IMG/VR virus record: IMGVR_UViG_3300049988_000245
Coordinates: 64,001 to 128,000 of that record
Source: a virus
Lineage: Duplodnaviria; Caudoviricetes
Direction: 5' to 3' (one strand)
Length of the DNA: 64,000 nucleotides
Below the pieces are notes generated by a model, which did no database searches, was not told the DNA's origin, and saw only the letters and a list, made by a program, of their open reading frames with translations. A program made the position numbers and the translations under genes. The first letter of the stretch is position 1. Every line of letters begins with the position of its first letter. This document shows positions 55,506-64,000 of this stretch, piece after piece.

Positions 55506-56093
55506 ATGGGCTATCAAAATCCACAAGAAGACATGATGAAGGAGGCGGAGGGTGTCGGTACTCTGCTCCAAAACCTTGAAGCGATGGGGATAAGCTGTCC
55601 CGAACTGATACAGGCTTCGATCGAGTCGGAAACGAATTTCGTCGAGGTGGTCGAAGCTCAGCTTAAGGCGGCTGGCGAAGTCCAGGCGATGATCGACGGC
55701 CTCGACGAATATACGAAGTCACTCGGCGAGCGGAAGGCGCGCTTCAAGAAGATGGTCGATCAGATTCGCGAGGGCATCGCGGAAGCACTCAGTCGGGCCG
55801 AGAAGAAGTCCCTGGTCACCGCATTCGGCACAGTCAGCGCCGGAAAGGCACCGGCCAGCCTTAAGGTTACCTCCGAGGCGCAGGTACCGGAGCATTACTT
55901 CGGCATGACCCTGAACACGGCCGATCTGAAGCGCGACATGGTTGCGTGGCAGAAGGCGTACGACGCGCTGGACAAGATCAAGGACGACGACGAGCGCACC
56001 AAGGCTCGCGCCGAATACGTGAAGAAGCACCCGCCCATTCCGGGTGCCGAACTGATCGAGGGTAAGCAGACCCTGACGATCCGGAGGAAGTGA
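55506..56093 (+). CDS. Siphovirus Gp157-like protein
   Basis: Coiled N-terminus; GTVS..K.P.SL.V..E..VPE.YF; IPGAELIEG..TLTIR. Confidence 0.8.
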   Translation: MGYQNPQEDMMKEAEGVGTLLQNLEAMGISCPELIQASIESETNFVEVVEAQLKAAGEVQAMIDGLDEYTKSLGERKARFKKMVDQIREGIAEALSRAEKKSLVTAFGTVSAGKAPASLKVTSEAQVPEHYFGMTLNTADLKRDMVAWQKAYDALDKIKDDDERTKARAEYVKKHPPIPGAELIEGKQTLTIRRK

Positions 56094-57124
56094 TGCCCAA
56101 GGCCGTTGTGACCCCCGAGGAGGGGGAGAACCTGAACTTCGCACTCGATCTGGAGCTTTGGGGTCCGGATCATATCAAGAGGTGCCGCGAGCGCTTCCGG
56201 GAAGCTACCCTGGAAACGTTCATCGACGTGATGCGCAGGGCCAAAAAGCTTGGGCGCGATCCGCTCACCGATATTTGGCAGGCGTCGGACGGCGCTTTCC
56301 TCATGCACGCCCATGCGATGTTCGATTATGCCAGTTCGACCGGCCGTTATGCGCCCGGAGATACCGTCCCTGTATACGAGACCACTGAGAAGGTGGATTC
56401 GACGAACCCGCACGGGCTCATTCGCTGCACCGTCACGATCAAGGTCAAGACGGACGACGGCAAATGGCATGACTGTCCGGGCGAGGCATTCTGGGACGAT
56501 CTCGTTCCCCTGGTGAACACCCGGTTCGACAACGTCACGGGCCAATTCGTCGGCGGTGTGGTCTCGAACGCCTCCGGCTGGGCGTCGATGCCCCACATTC
56601 TGCTGCGCAAGTGCGCTTACGTGGACGCGCTGAAGCGCGCATTCCCGGAGCTTGCCTCGTTCACCGTTCGCGAGGAGAACGAGCGCGGCGCCAGCATGGA
56701 TCAGCAGCGCCCGGCCGCACCGAAGATGCCCTCGGCAGATGTGCCGGTGGCCGACCCCACCGGGGGCGAGCGGGTCGATCGGACCTACTACATCGACACG
56801 AACTGGCTCGACGGCGATTCCGAAATGGTCGCCGAGACCGATTTCTTCGACCGGGTTACCGCGTTCCTGGCCGGTGAGATCGAAGAGGGTCGCCCCGCCA
56901 GGGCGGCCGAGTGGTTCCGCAAGAACGAGCCCGCCTTCGATGAGTTCTGGCTGCGCGATCAGCGCCTCACCAAGCGTAAGAATGCCGTGGCGATCAAGAA
57001 GTACCTCTCGGCCGCCATAGACGCCGCTGCGGCCCAGGACGCGGCTCAGAGCAGCGAAGTGATCGGGGCCGCCCCAGCGACCATTGCAAGGCCCCGTAGG
57101 AGCCGTGTGAGCATCGTCGAATGA
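56090..57124 (+). CDS. RecT/Bet-family single-strand annealing protein
   Basis: LGRDPL, CTVTI, EAFWDD, W..MP..LLRKCA..ALKRAFPE. Confidence 0.85.
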   Translation: MMPKAVVTPEEGENLNFALDLELWGPDHIKRCRERFREATLETFIDVMRRAKKLGRDPLTDIWQASDGAFLMHAHAMFDYASSTGRYAPGDTVPVYETTEKVDSTNPHGLIRCTVTIKVKTDDGKWHDCPGEAFWDDLVPLVNTRFDNVTGQFVGGVVSNASGWASMPHILLRKCAYVDALKRAFPELASFTVREENERGASMDQQRPAAPKMPSADVPVADPTGGERVDRTYYIDTNWLDGDSEMVAETDFFDRVTAFLAGEIEEGRPARAAEWFRKNEPAFDEFWLRDQRLTKRKNAVAIKKYLSAAIDAAAAQDAAQSSEVIGAAPATIARPRRSRVSIVE

Positions 57125-57351
57125 GATGGATGGTCAAGGTCGTTCGGGTTGATCTCGCCGATGTGGAAGCGGATTCGATTCCACGTCTGTGTGAGGACGC
57201 CCTGGAAAACGCGATGGACGGTATCGGGGACAAGACGGTGGTCTCGATCAGCCAGAGTCAGGTGCGGACCACGTACGATTCGTCGAGCGACTATCGCTCG
57301 AACATGGTCGGGGAGAATTCCCTCGTCTATACGATCGTCTACAAGGCTTGA
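57121..57351 (+). CDS. Hypothetical protein
   Basis: ATGA overlap with Bet. Confidence 0.7.
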   Translation: MRWMVKVVRVDLADVEADSIPRLCEDALENAMDGIGDKTVVSISQSQVRTTYDSSSDYRSNMVGENSLVYTIVYKA

Positions 57352-57357
57352 ACGAAT

Positions 57358-57387
57358 ATGGCCCCGGTGAGTAATCACCGGGGCCAT
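57358..57387 (+). terminator. Perfect 13-bp hairpin
   Basis: ATGGCCCCGGTGA-GTAA-TCACCGGGGCCAT. Confidence 0.75.
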
Positions 57388-57453
57388 AATGTTTAATAAA
57401 TATACACACATAACTGAATATATTATCAGTATATAACCATACAAAGGAATACT

Positions 57454-58284
57454 ATGAGCGTTATTCTGAGAGGAAGATTCTCTTCCAATCTAAATGTCAG
57501 AATTAGACTTAAGAATGTTCTTCCAAAGATAGTAACAGGTATTAGCTCATCTCTGATCACGTCAAGCTCTTTTACGTTGTCGTTTGTTCGAGAATTAGGA
57601 GTTACGTATCAGTACACTTTCAATAATGGCGCTACATGGCTTAATCTACCTTTGGACGGTTCAATAACAGGATTGATTAGTCAGACTTCGTATTCAGTTC
57701 GAGTTCGGGGTGTTAACCGGTATGGTGTCGGCCTAATTTCTGCTGCGACTGTTGTGACGACGCTTTCGGCGTTTGCCTCGTTTGACCCAGCTAGGCTTGG
57801 GTCGGGAGTGACACTCAGCAACAGTAACACTACGGTGACCATGCCGGGCAGTTGGAAGAGTGCTTTGTGCACTCGGCCTAAGTTCCCAGGAACAGGGCGA
57901 TACTATCTGGAATTTCAAGGCGGAACTAATGTGAGAATTGGTATCGTTGATGGCTCTGTAAATCTTGAGACTGAAATTCTTTCTCAGGGATACCCATGTA
58001 TCTATCCATATGGTGGTATTTTATACAATAAGGGCAGCAACCAAGAGACTTCAACGGAGGGAAGTATTATTGCAAATCCGCCTCAAGTTTACGGAATGCT
58101 ATGGGATAGTTATTCAAGAAAAATAACATTCACTAGAGATGGTAGAATTCTTTTCGTGCATAGCACTTCTGACCAAATTTCTGGATCGCCGATTTATGCC
58201 GCTGTCTCGGCAATCAGTGATTCAATAACCTTGAATTTTGGTCCTACGTTTAAATACCTTCCGTCCGGGTATACAGCTTGGTAG
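57454..58284 (+). CDS. FN3 + SPRY/B30.2-like domain protein
   Basis: Y.VRVRG.N..G.G (FN3); G.YYLEF..RIGI..G....YG (SPRY); markedly AT-rich. Confidence 0.7.
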   Translation: MSVILRGRFSSNLNVRIRLKNVLPKIVTGISSSLITSSSFTLSFVRELGVTYQYTFNNGATWLNLPLDGSITGLISQTSYSVRVRGVNRYGVGLISAATVVTTLSAFASFDPARLGSGVTLSNSNTTVTMPGSWKSALCTRPKFPGTGRYYLEFQGGTNVRIGIVDGSVNLETEILSQGYPCIYPYGGILYNKGSNQETSTEGSIIANPPQVYGMLWDSYSRKITFTRDGRILFVHSTSDQISGSPIYAAVSAISDSITLNFGPTFKYLPSGYTAW

Positions 58285-58316
58285 CGTTTGATTTTTGGCT
58301 ATGATATGAATCGAAG

Positions 58317-58340
58317 ACCCCTGATGAGATTATCAGGGGT
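58317..58340 (+). terminator. Terminator
   Basis: ACCCCTGAT-GAGATT-ATCAGGGGT then TTT. Confidence 0.7.
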
Positions 58341-58365
58341 TTTCAGCTTGTGGTGAGTTAATCTA

Positions 58366-59289
58366 GTGAGAATCTACGCTCTCCTAATACTAACTCTGGT
58401 CCCAATAAATGCTAATGCGCGTGGGTTCAATGATTCCCGGCGAACCTCAGAAGAGGCCATGCGTACGGGAATCCCACAGAGTGTCGAGTCGGTACCGACC
58501 GTACCCGGACTTGACGTGTTCGGTACCACCGCGCCGACCGATCCTGGCGATCCCGGTGACCTCACGATCACGAACACCAACGACGGACGCATGGGCAAGA
58601 GTGGAGGAATCTTCCGCTCGGTCCAATCGAAGACCCAGCTTGGATACACGTTCGCACCAGATGCATGGATCGCGGTCGCGGCGTTTGATACCGGGACGCG
58701 CCTGCGAGGACTTCCAGACATCGGCCCGGACAAGGATCGGTTCAACTTCGACGGCGGTACCCTGGAATTTCAGTACCGGGTCCTGCATCGCTCCGAAACC
58801 AATCCGTTCGCCATCGCACTCGATGTGGAGCCCGCGTGGAATCGAATGGACCCCTACTCGGGTCGGACCGAAAGCACGTTCTCGGTCACCCCTAAGATTT
58901 TCATCGACGCCGTGGTGATCCCACACGTGCTCTTCTGGGGGCTGAACCTCTCCTACACCCCGCAGGCCGAACGTGTCGCGGGTCGTTATGTTCGAAGCTC
59001 GGGTACGCTGACCTCTACCGCCCTGGTCGTCCAGATTAATTCGGACGTGTTTTTGGGTGCCGAAGCGCGATATTTCGACGGGTTTTCATCTCTCTCGATC
59101 TCGCGAATCTCCGATCAGGCCCTGTTCGTCGGCCCGACCGTGGTATGGCAGGTGAACGAGAAGCTTGCCGTCAACGCGGCGTTCTCCCCGCAGGTGTTCG
59201 GTCGCGCCAAAGGACAGCAGACGGGCAAGCTCGACACTCAAGCGTTCGAACGTCAAAACTTCCGGCTCAACATCAATTATCAGTTTTAG
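58366..59289 (+). CDS. Outer-membrane beta-barrel protein of rhizobial type
   Basis: Sec signal, amphipathic beta-strands, C-terminal NINYQF BAM signal. Confidence 0.75.
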   Translation: MRIYALLILTLVPINANARGFNDSRRTSEEAMRTGIPQSVESVPTVPGLDVFGTTAPTDPGDPGDLTITNTNDGRMGKSGGIFRSVQSKTQLGYTFAPDAWIAVAAFDTGTRLRGLPDIGPDKDRFNFDGGTLEFQYRVLHRSETNPFAIALDVEPAWNRMDPYSGRTESTFSVTPKIFIDAVVIPHVLFWGLNLSYTPQAERVAGRYVRSSGTLTSTALVVQINSDVFLGAEARYFDGFSSLSISRISDQALFVGPTVVWQVNEKLAVNAAFSPQVFGRAKGQQTGKLDTQAFERQNFRLNINYQF

Positions 59290-59588
59290 AGCCAGCGCAT
59301 CTTGAACGCGAACAGATATTCGGGCTTGCTGAATCCGATTGGCCAAAGGTCGCCATAGTTCTCGTAGATCGCCCATTCCGGATCGAGTTCGTCGCACCAC
59401 GCCGCCATCTCATTAGTAAAGCCGCGAGTATAGTTATAGTCGATCCGACAATCTTCCGGGTACTTGACCCGGAAGTCATACAGGAATTGATTGCAATAGG
59501 CCGCATACATGGCACAGGCGTAATGCTCGTTCCGATCCAGACCTTCCATGCAATAGTATACGTCAGGGGAAAGACGTTTGAGCCTCAT
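59286..59588 (-). CDS. FxLRW-family small protein
   Basis: WCDELD...FSKPEYLFAFKMRWL. Confidence 0.75.
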   Translation of the reverse strand: MRLKRLSPDVYYCMEGLDRNEHYACAMYAAYCNQFLYDFRVKYPEDCRIDYNYTRGFTNEMAAWCDELDPEWAIYENYGDLWPIGFSKPEYLFAFKMRWL

Positions 59589-60271
59589 GCGGCGGCCTTT
59601 AGATACGCGTCAACGCGGTTCAAGAACGAGTCCATGTGTTTGTCGAATTCCAACCCCTCAAGGACGAATTCCTTGTAGTCGAGTTCGCGCGAAACCATGA
59701 AGATCACACCTCGTTTGATGTCAGTCCCGTACACCTCGTTGTGAGCGAGCGAGTACGCGCACATCTGATCGAAATAGTCCACGATCATGTCGCGGGTGCG
59801 CATCTTCTTCGCCGTCTTGTGATCCATGATCGACGGAATGCCCTCGTGGACGCCGACGAGATCGGTCATGCCCCCGTAGAGGCCGGGGAAGTACATCGCA
59901 ACTTCCTGGCCCCAGACCTCGTCCACCTTGGGTAGGCCCTTGGTGATGATCTGGTCGGCCATCCTGGCGGCCTGGATACGCACGAGGTTGTTCCCGCCCG
60001 GCCGGGGAATCCCCATGACGTAGTTCTCGATATGCGTGTGCATGAGCGTACCGAGACCGGTCGCTTCCTTGCGCACCCTGTCGGCTTTCTCCTTACCGAC
60101 CCGCTCCTCCCAAAGCTTGATCTGGGTCTTGTCTGAGGTACCCGATAGGATCGTCGTCACGCTCGGGAGCGGTGTTCCATCGGTCGGGTCCATATAGAAC
60201 CGCGTACCGTCCTCATGGGTGATTCGGGAAATCTCCGGGTATTCGAAAAGACGATTCAGTTTAACCGACAT
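59585..60271 (-). CDS. PD-(D/E)XK exonuclease (MGME1/Cas4-like)
   Basis: PSVTTILS, GTLMH..IE, G.TDL..IMDHKTAKK, Q..AY..A. Confidence 0.9.
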   Translation of the reverse strand: MSVKLNRLFEYPEISRITHEDGTRFYMDPTDGTPLPSVTTILSGTSDKTQIKLWEERVGKEKADRVRKEATGLGTLMHTHIENYVMGIPRPGGNNLVRIQAARMADQIITKGLPKVDEVWGQEVAMYFPGLYGGMTDLVGVHEGIPSIMDHKTAKKMRTRDMIVDYFDQMCAYSLAHNEVYGTDIKRGVIFMVSRELDYKEFVLEGLEFDKHMDSFLNRVDAYLKAAA

Positions 60272-60344
60272 TTGAAATGCTTTGCCAAAATCAAGAAGGA
60301 TTTTAGCCTAACAAATCACGCAGTTAATGGTCATAAATATCTAC

Positions 60345-60572
60345 ATGGATACGATCAAGCACTACATCGGAAGGAATTGGTTCGAGCATAAGGAAGCCCT
60401 GGCGAAGCACGCGCACGCCAAGGGGTTGAGCACGAATCTCAAGGTCTACGGTGATCTGATCGAGGGTACGAACAAGCCGCTGAAGGATTTCGCGGATATC
60501 TGCACGGACGATCAGCGACTGACCATCACGATCTGCCCCAAGGGTCAGATTCTCAAGATCAAGATCGGCTAA
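60345..60572 (+). CDS. Hypothetical late protein
   Basis: TAAATA immediately upstream. Confidence 0.7.
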   Translation: MDTIKHYIGRNWFEHKEALAKHAHAKGLSTNLKVYGDLIEGTNKPLKDFADICTDDQRLTITICPKGQILKIKIG

Positions 60573-60710
60573 CGAACCACGGCGGTTGTTGGGTCGATTC
60601 GACCGGACCTCGCAAACTCTTCGACCTGATCACCCAAGATTCCCGATACGGGGTCGTACGATAGAACTTCGACCAAGCGCTCACGAGTGAGGGTGTTATT
60701 CCTTCTCTTC
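60569..60710 (-). pseudogene. N-terminal remnant of an HNH endonuclease
   Basis: LTRERLVEVLSYDPVSG motif then premature stop. Confidence 0.5.
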
Positions 60711-60902
60711 AAAGCGGTCCCAATCCTGCATCGCCTCGGGAAGCTCAGCCTCAAGCTCAGCCGACCACGGCTCGGGCTCGTCGCCCCAATTCCGGATGAT
60801 GTAGTTCTCACGAGTGAACGGGATGGAGTCGCGCTTCATCCCATAGAGCACCGGATCGGACTCGATCTCTTCCTGCGAGAAGTGAATGACCTTGTCCGAC
60901 AT
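60696..60902 (-). CDS. Small acidic hypothetical protein
   Basis: IPFTRENY..WSAELEAELPE. Confidence 0.7.
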   Translation of the reverse strand: MSDKVIHFSQEEIESDPVLYGMKRDSIPFTRENYIIRNWGDEPEPWSAELEAELPEAMQDWDRFEEKE

Positions 60903-62233
60903 CAGATATCCCTCTTCTTTGCCCAATCGGGTGTCTCAATACCACCGGAGATGTCGTGTATTTGGTTGCGAACCTCGTCGCCACTAACCTTCCCGTCTTG
61001 ATAAGAATGCCATAGACTCTTGATCGTATCAAGATGCTTGGCCTTTCCATTGCCATTACCGTTAAAAAGTCCCTTCGCGGCTTCCCAGGTAATCGACTGC
61101 ATCTCGCGCGGCAGGATGTTACGCTCCTTCGCGGCGCGGCGGTAGGCATCCGCATAGAGCGGGTACGTCCCGTGGACGCCCGTGATGATCGAGCCCTTTG
61201 CCGGGGTGAACGGGGCGCCACCCTGGGCGGTCGCCGGGAGGGTGTTCTTGAAGTTGTGTGCGACCTCGGTGGTGTTGCCACCGAGGGGGTGCAGAAGGCC
61301 AGCGGCGACCGCGTGCGTGTCAATGGTCACGTCGCCGTGGTGGCCGTTGGGATCGACGATGTTGTTGTAGAAGTTTCGAACCTTGTGACGCTCACCCATG
61401 AGGCGAGAAATCTTGTCGATATCCGAATTCGCTTCGATCGCACCGATGGCCTTGCTGATCTCCGCAACGGAGCCCCAGCGGAGCTTGGCGTGCTGGTCCG
61501 CGTTGTTCGCACCCGCCCCGTAGGCGTCACCGTTCGTGTAGGTGCGTCCCAGGCGGCCCTCAGGCTCCACCATGGGATAGTAGCTCGGATTGTGAGCCTC
61601 GTCGTACGTGCGAATCCAGGCGGCCTTGTGATCGATGTCCACGAGCTTTTCCAGCGGTAGGCCACGGATGGCCTCATGGATCGGCTTGTTCCGATCGTTG
61701 TGCCAGATACGAAGGGCGGTCTCTTCCATTTCCGGAGTCCACGGGGCGTCGCGACGGTTCAGATAGGCGTCGAGCACGCGGTCGCCGATAGAGGCGTTCT
61801 CGTGCCATGTCTTCTGCGGACTAAGCGCCGCGTAGACTGCCGCGACCGCCGCATGGGGGAGGCCGTACTCGTCCGCACGATCCTTGGTCAGCTTGTTCGC
61901 GCCGTCGTACCAAAGACGGGCACGGGCGCGCTGATCTTCCGGCATCTTGTCGTGAAGGAACAGGAGGTTGTCCTTGACGTGGTCGATGAACTTATTCGCC
62001 ACACGCTCGGACTTGCCCCGGCGATCGTTATGCGGGAGCGCCGCGTACTTTTTCACCAAGCCGATGTTGTGGTCGAACGACTTCGGATCAGCCTTGGCCG
62101 AATCCAAGTCCACAGTCAGATCATGACGGATGTCATCGACCTTCTTCGAGGTCGGCATACGGGTGGAGATTCGATTAGGATTCTGGGTGACCGCTTCGAT
62201 CAACCCTTCGATCAGCTTAATAAAATTGCGCAT
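60902..62233 (-). CDS. Conserved phage protein, putative HhH-glycosylase-like fold
   Basis: WYD, AALSPQKTW.EN, KVRNFYNNI, VTIDTHA, QSITW motifs. Confidence 0.65.
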   Translation of the reverse strand: MRNFIKLIEGLIEAVTQNPNRISTRMPTSKKVDDIRHDLTVDLDSAKADPKSFDHNIGLVKKYAALPHNDRRGKSERVANKFIDHVKDNLLFLHDKMPEDQRARARLWYDGANKLTKDRADEYGLPHAAVAAVYAALSPQKTWHENASIGDRVLDAYLNRRDAPWTPEMEETALRIWHNDRNKPIHEAIRGLPLEKLVDIDHKAAWIRTYDEAHNPSYYPMVEPEGRLGRTYTNGDAYGAGANNADQHAKLRWGSVAEISKAIGAIEANSDIDKISRLMGERHKVRNFYNNIVDPNGHHGDVTIDTHAVAAGLLHPLGGNTTEVAHNFKNTLPATAQGGAPFTPAKGSIITGVHGTYPLYADAYRRAAKERNILPREMQSITWEAAKGLFNGNGNGKAKHLDTIKSLWHSYQDGKVSGDEVRNQIHDISGGIETPDWAKKRDI

Positions 62234-62835
62234 TACTTAGCCGCGAGAATCGTAAGAGTGGGGGCTTCGAACCGAACGACAAAGTAGGGCGCAAGAGCCT
62301 GATTGAGGCGTGCCCACTGTTCCGGCGTGACCTTATTGATCGGGCTGCGCTGGTCGATCTCACGAGAGAACGAGCGATCCTGCTCCAGGGCACGGGCCAG
62401 CTTGTTCATACCGGATTCGTGAATGTTCAGAGACGAGCAGAGGTTGTCAAAGGCCGCTTCCATACCCTGATCAGTACCATCGAAGGCGAGTTCATTAACG
62501 ACTTGCTCGCGCACCTGGGGAGCTTCAGCGTGCTCAACCCAATACTGATACTCTTTGATGTAGTGGGACTGCTTCACGTCGTTGTGGTCAAGGATATTGT
62601 GACCACCCGGATTTGCATGGTTCGCAACCAGATCAGCGTCAGCTTCTTCGTAGCTCTTGAATGGGCCGTAGCAATCGACCTCTTCATCGCGCCAGTTGTA
62701 CTTTTCCTCGTCGCTAGTAAACCGCTCGAACGCGTAATACCACTGACCGGGCTTCCACTCGATGAATTCGCATTCCGCGCCAGTGCTTTCTTGAAGCTTA
62801 GCGGATTCGTTGATGATGTTCATGTAATCGCGCAT
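62233..62835 (-). CDS. Hypothetical protein, possible internal head protein
   Basis: MRDYMNIINES N-terminus; late promoter upstream. Confidence 0.7.
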   Translation of the reverse strand: MRDYMNIINESAKLQESTGAECEFIEWKPGQWYYAFERFTSDEEKYNWRDEEVDCYGPFKSYEEADADLVANHANPGGHNILDHNDVKQSHYIKEYQYWVEHAEAPQVREQVVNELAFDGTDQGMEAAFDNLCSSLNIHESGMNKLARALEQDRSFSREIDQRSPINKVTPEQWARLNQALAPYFVVRFEAPTLTILAAK

Positions 62836-62860
62836 GATAGAAACCCACAATCTAATGGGT

Positions 62861-63454
62861 TTATTTATCACTAAACGGTATATCGCTTCCGGAGTATGGA
62901 TCGGATATTACGATCGTCGTATCGCGATACATGAAGTTTCCCTCATGGAGATCAAGATGAGAGCCAGCAGGTTTGGCCCTTAGCAGATTTTCGATTGATT
63001 CCATCAGACTCTCAAGATGAAACTTCGCATTATTAGAATTGAAGATGTCAATCTCCGCCTGAACCATAGGCACACCATAGAAACGACGCTGAATATGATC
63101 GACTTGGTCGTGGAGCCTCATATATCGGTATTGCTGGTCAGACATCTCGCGGAGAACTTCAATCCGAACCATCGCGCCGTATCCGGGCAGGCGTATGACC
63201 TTCCCGATGATCTTAGGCATATGCGGGTCTTGGCGATTCTTGATTGCATAGTTGAGGAATTGCTCGTAAAAAGGGTCCTTGAACACCTTCAAGACGTATC
63301 GAGAATCGAATGAGGGGTGATCGAATACCGCACCATACGATCCTGATCCGAGATAGTCGAACCCGCGATCTTCCAGATAATCCACAACGTCCTGCACCTT
63401 TTTAAAGGTGGCGGCGACGTGTGAGCGAACGCCCTGTAGCTCGTCCAGACGCAT
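62861..63454 (-). CDS. Ser/Thr protein kinase (T7 gp0.7-like fold)
   Basis: LGSGSYGAVF, YVLKVF, LDLHEGNFM, IVISDP. Confidence 0.85.
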   Translation of the reverse strand: MRLDELQGVRSHVAATFKKVQDVVDYLEDRGFDYLGSGSYGAVFDHPSFDSRYVLKVFKDPFYEQFLNYAIKNRQDPHMPKIIGKVIRLPGYGAMVRIEVLREMSDQQYRYMRLHDQVDHIQRRFYGVPMVQAEIDIFNSNNAKFHLESLMESIENLLRAKPAGSHLDLHEGNFMYRDTTIVISDPYSGSDIPFSDK

Positions 63455-63879
63455 TAGAACGGGCCTGCGTCCCCAGGAGCGGCATCGGCGCCAACAACGC
63501 CATTCTGCTTCTTCATGTTCGTCTTGGCCTGCGAGACGGCCATGCTGGAGACCTTCTTGGCGTTCTTCTCAGCCTCGGCTTCGCCATTCGCGTTGTCGCC
63601 TTCACCTTCACCCGGATTGTTCAGGGCAAAATACACACGATCGCCTTCAATCTTGGTAATCATCTTGACCTCGGCCGGGTCGAGTACATGCATGACCAGG
63701 GCACGGTCCACGGACACGCCAGATTCAAGTTCTCCCATCTTATCGACGATCGCCTGAATCGACACATATGGGACACCCTGGGCCGCGAGCGGCATCAGCA
63801 TGTCCAGCATGGAGTCGCGTAGTTCCTGAACGACACTGCCGCCCTCCGGCTTTTGTTCAAAGATTTCGAGTAGCAGCAT
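63454..63879 (-). CDS. Hypothetical protein
   Basis: MLLLEIFE N-terminus; ORF track. Confidence 0.75.
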   Translation of the reverse strand: MLLLEIFEQKPEGGSVVQELRDSMLDMLMPLAAQGVPYVSIQAIVDKMGELESGVSVDRALVMHVLDPAEVKMITKIEGDRVYFALNNPGEGEGDNANGEAEAEKNAKKVSSMAVSQAKTNMKKQNGVVGADAAPGDAGPF

Positions 63880-63891
63880 CGTTCTGGGTCC

Positions 63892-64000
63892 TTACTTGAT
63901 CTTGTTCGGGTCGAGGGCGCCTGTCTGCATAAGCTGAGCAGTAACCAGATCGGTCATAACGGGCGAATCAGACGTCTTCGCCCCGACCGTACCAGCCAGA
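63892..64000 (-). CDS. 3' end of a CDS entering from outside the window
   Basis: Open frame ...MTDLVTAQLMQTGALDPNKIK* ending at TAA 63892. Confidence 0.5.
   Translation of the reverse strand, partial: LAGTVGAKTSDSPVMTDLVTAQLMQTGALDPNKIK

Noticed and set aside
58317-58340. Hammerhead ribozyme (CTGATGA)
   Set aside because: CTGAT is part of a terminator stem and there is no GAAAC partner or three-way junction
59585-60271. Cas4 of a CRISPR system
   Set aside because: No four-Cys cluster, no array or cas neighbours; a standard phage PD-(D/E)XK exonuclease
1-64000. Stop-codon recoding (common in some jumbo phages)
   Set aside because: Conserved genes (nrdA, nrdB, kup) are intact in the standard code, and TAG/TGA stops fall at expected gene ends
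1-64000. Bacterial chromosome or integrated prophage
   Set aside because: No host housekeeping operons or integrase; dense small genes, T4-type late promoters and gp23/PAAR/RNR indicate a large phage genome

Overview
This 64 kb window is a segment of a large T4-like (jumbo) myophage genome. The host is almost certainly an alphaproteobacterium, probably a Rhizobiales/Methylobacterium-like organism. Host evidence: a permuted tmRNA, a Kup transporter, a rhizobial-type beta-barrel and plasmid-type Rep genes. Recognisable phage genes: class Ia RNR (nrdA, nrdB), glutaredoxin, Acb1-like 2H phosphodiesterase, M15 endolysin, PAAR, tail-fibre/virion proteins, RecT/Bet plus Gp157, a PD-(D/E)XK exonuclease, a T7-0.7-like kinase, an S49 peptidase, an N6-adenine MTase and several free-standing HNH/GIY-YIG endonucleases. 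Both TAAATA late promoters and a conserved sigma70-type early promoter occur. Most notable observations: (1) a four-gene cassette of miniaturised head-protein paralogues (three gp23-derived, one gp20 portal fragment), two with twin-arginine (Tat) signal peptides; (2) a complete circularly permuted two-piece tmRNA missed by the ORF track; (3) a solitary NaeI-family endonuclease, with GCCGGC apparently absent from the window; (4) a plasmid-like replicon (Rep, iteron arrays, ParB-like protein); (5) about 24 paralogues of a small protein ending in F-x(3-5)-A-x-x-F-[KR]-[LM]-R-W; (6) an unassigned ~300-nt structured RNA. All family assignments come from motif recognition by eye, not from database searches.
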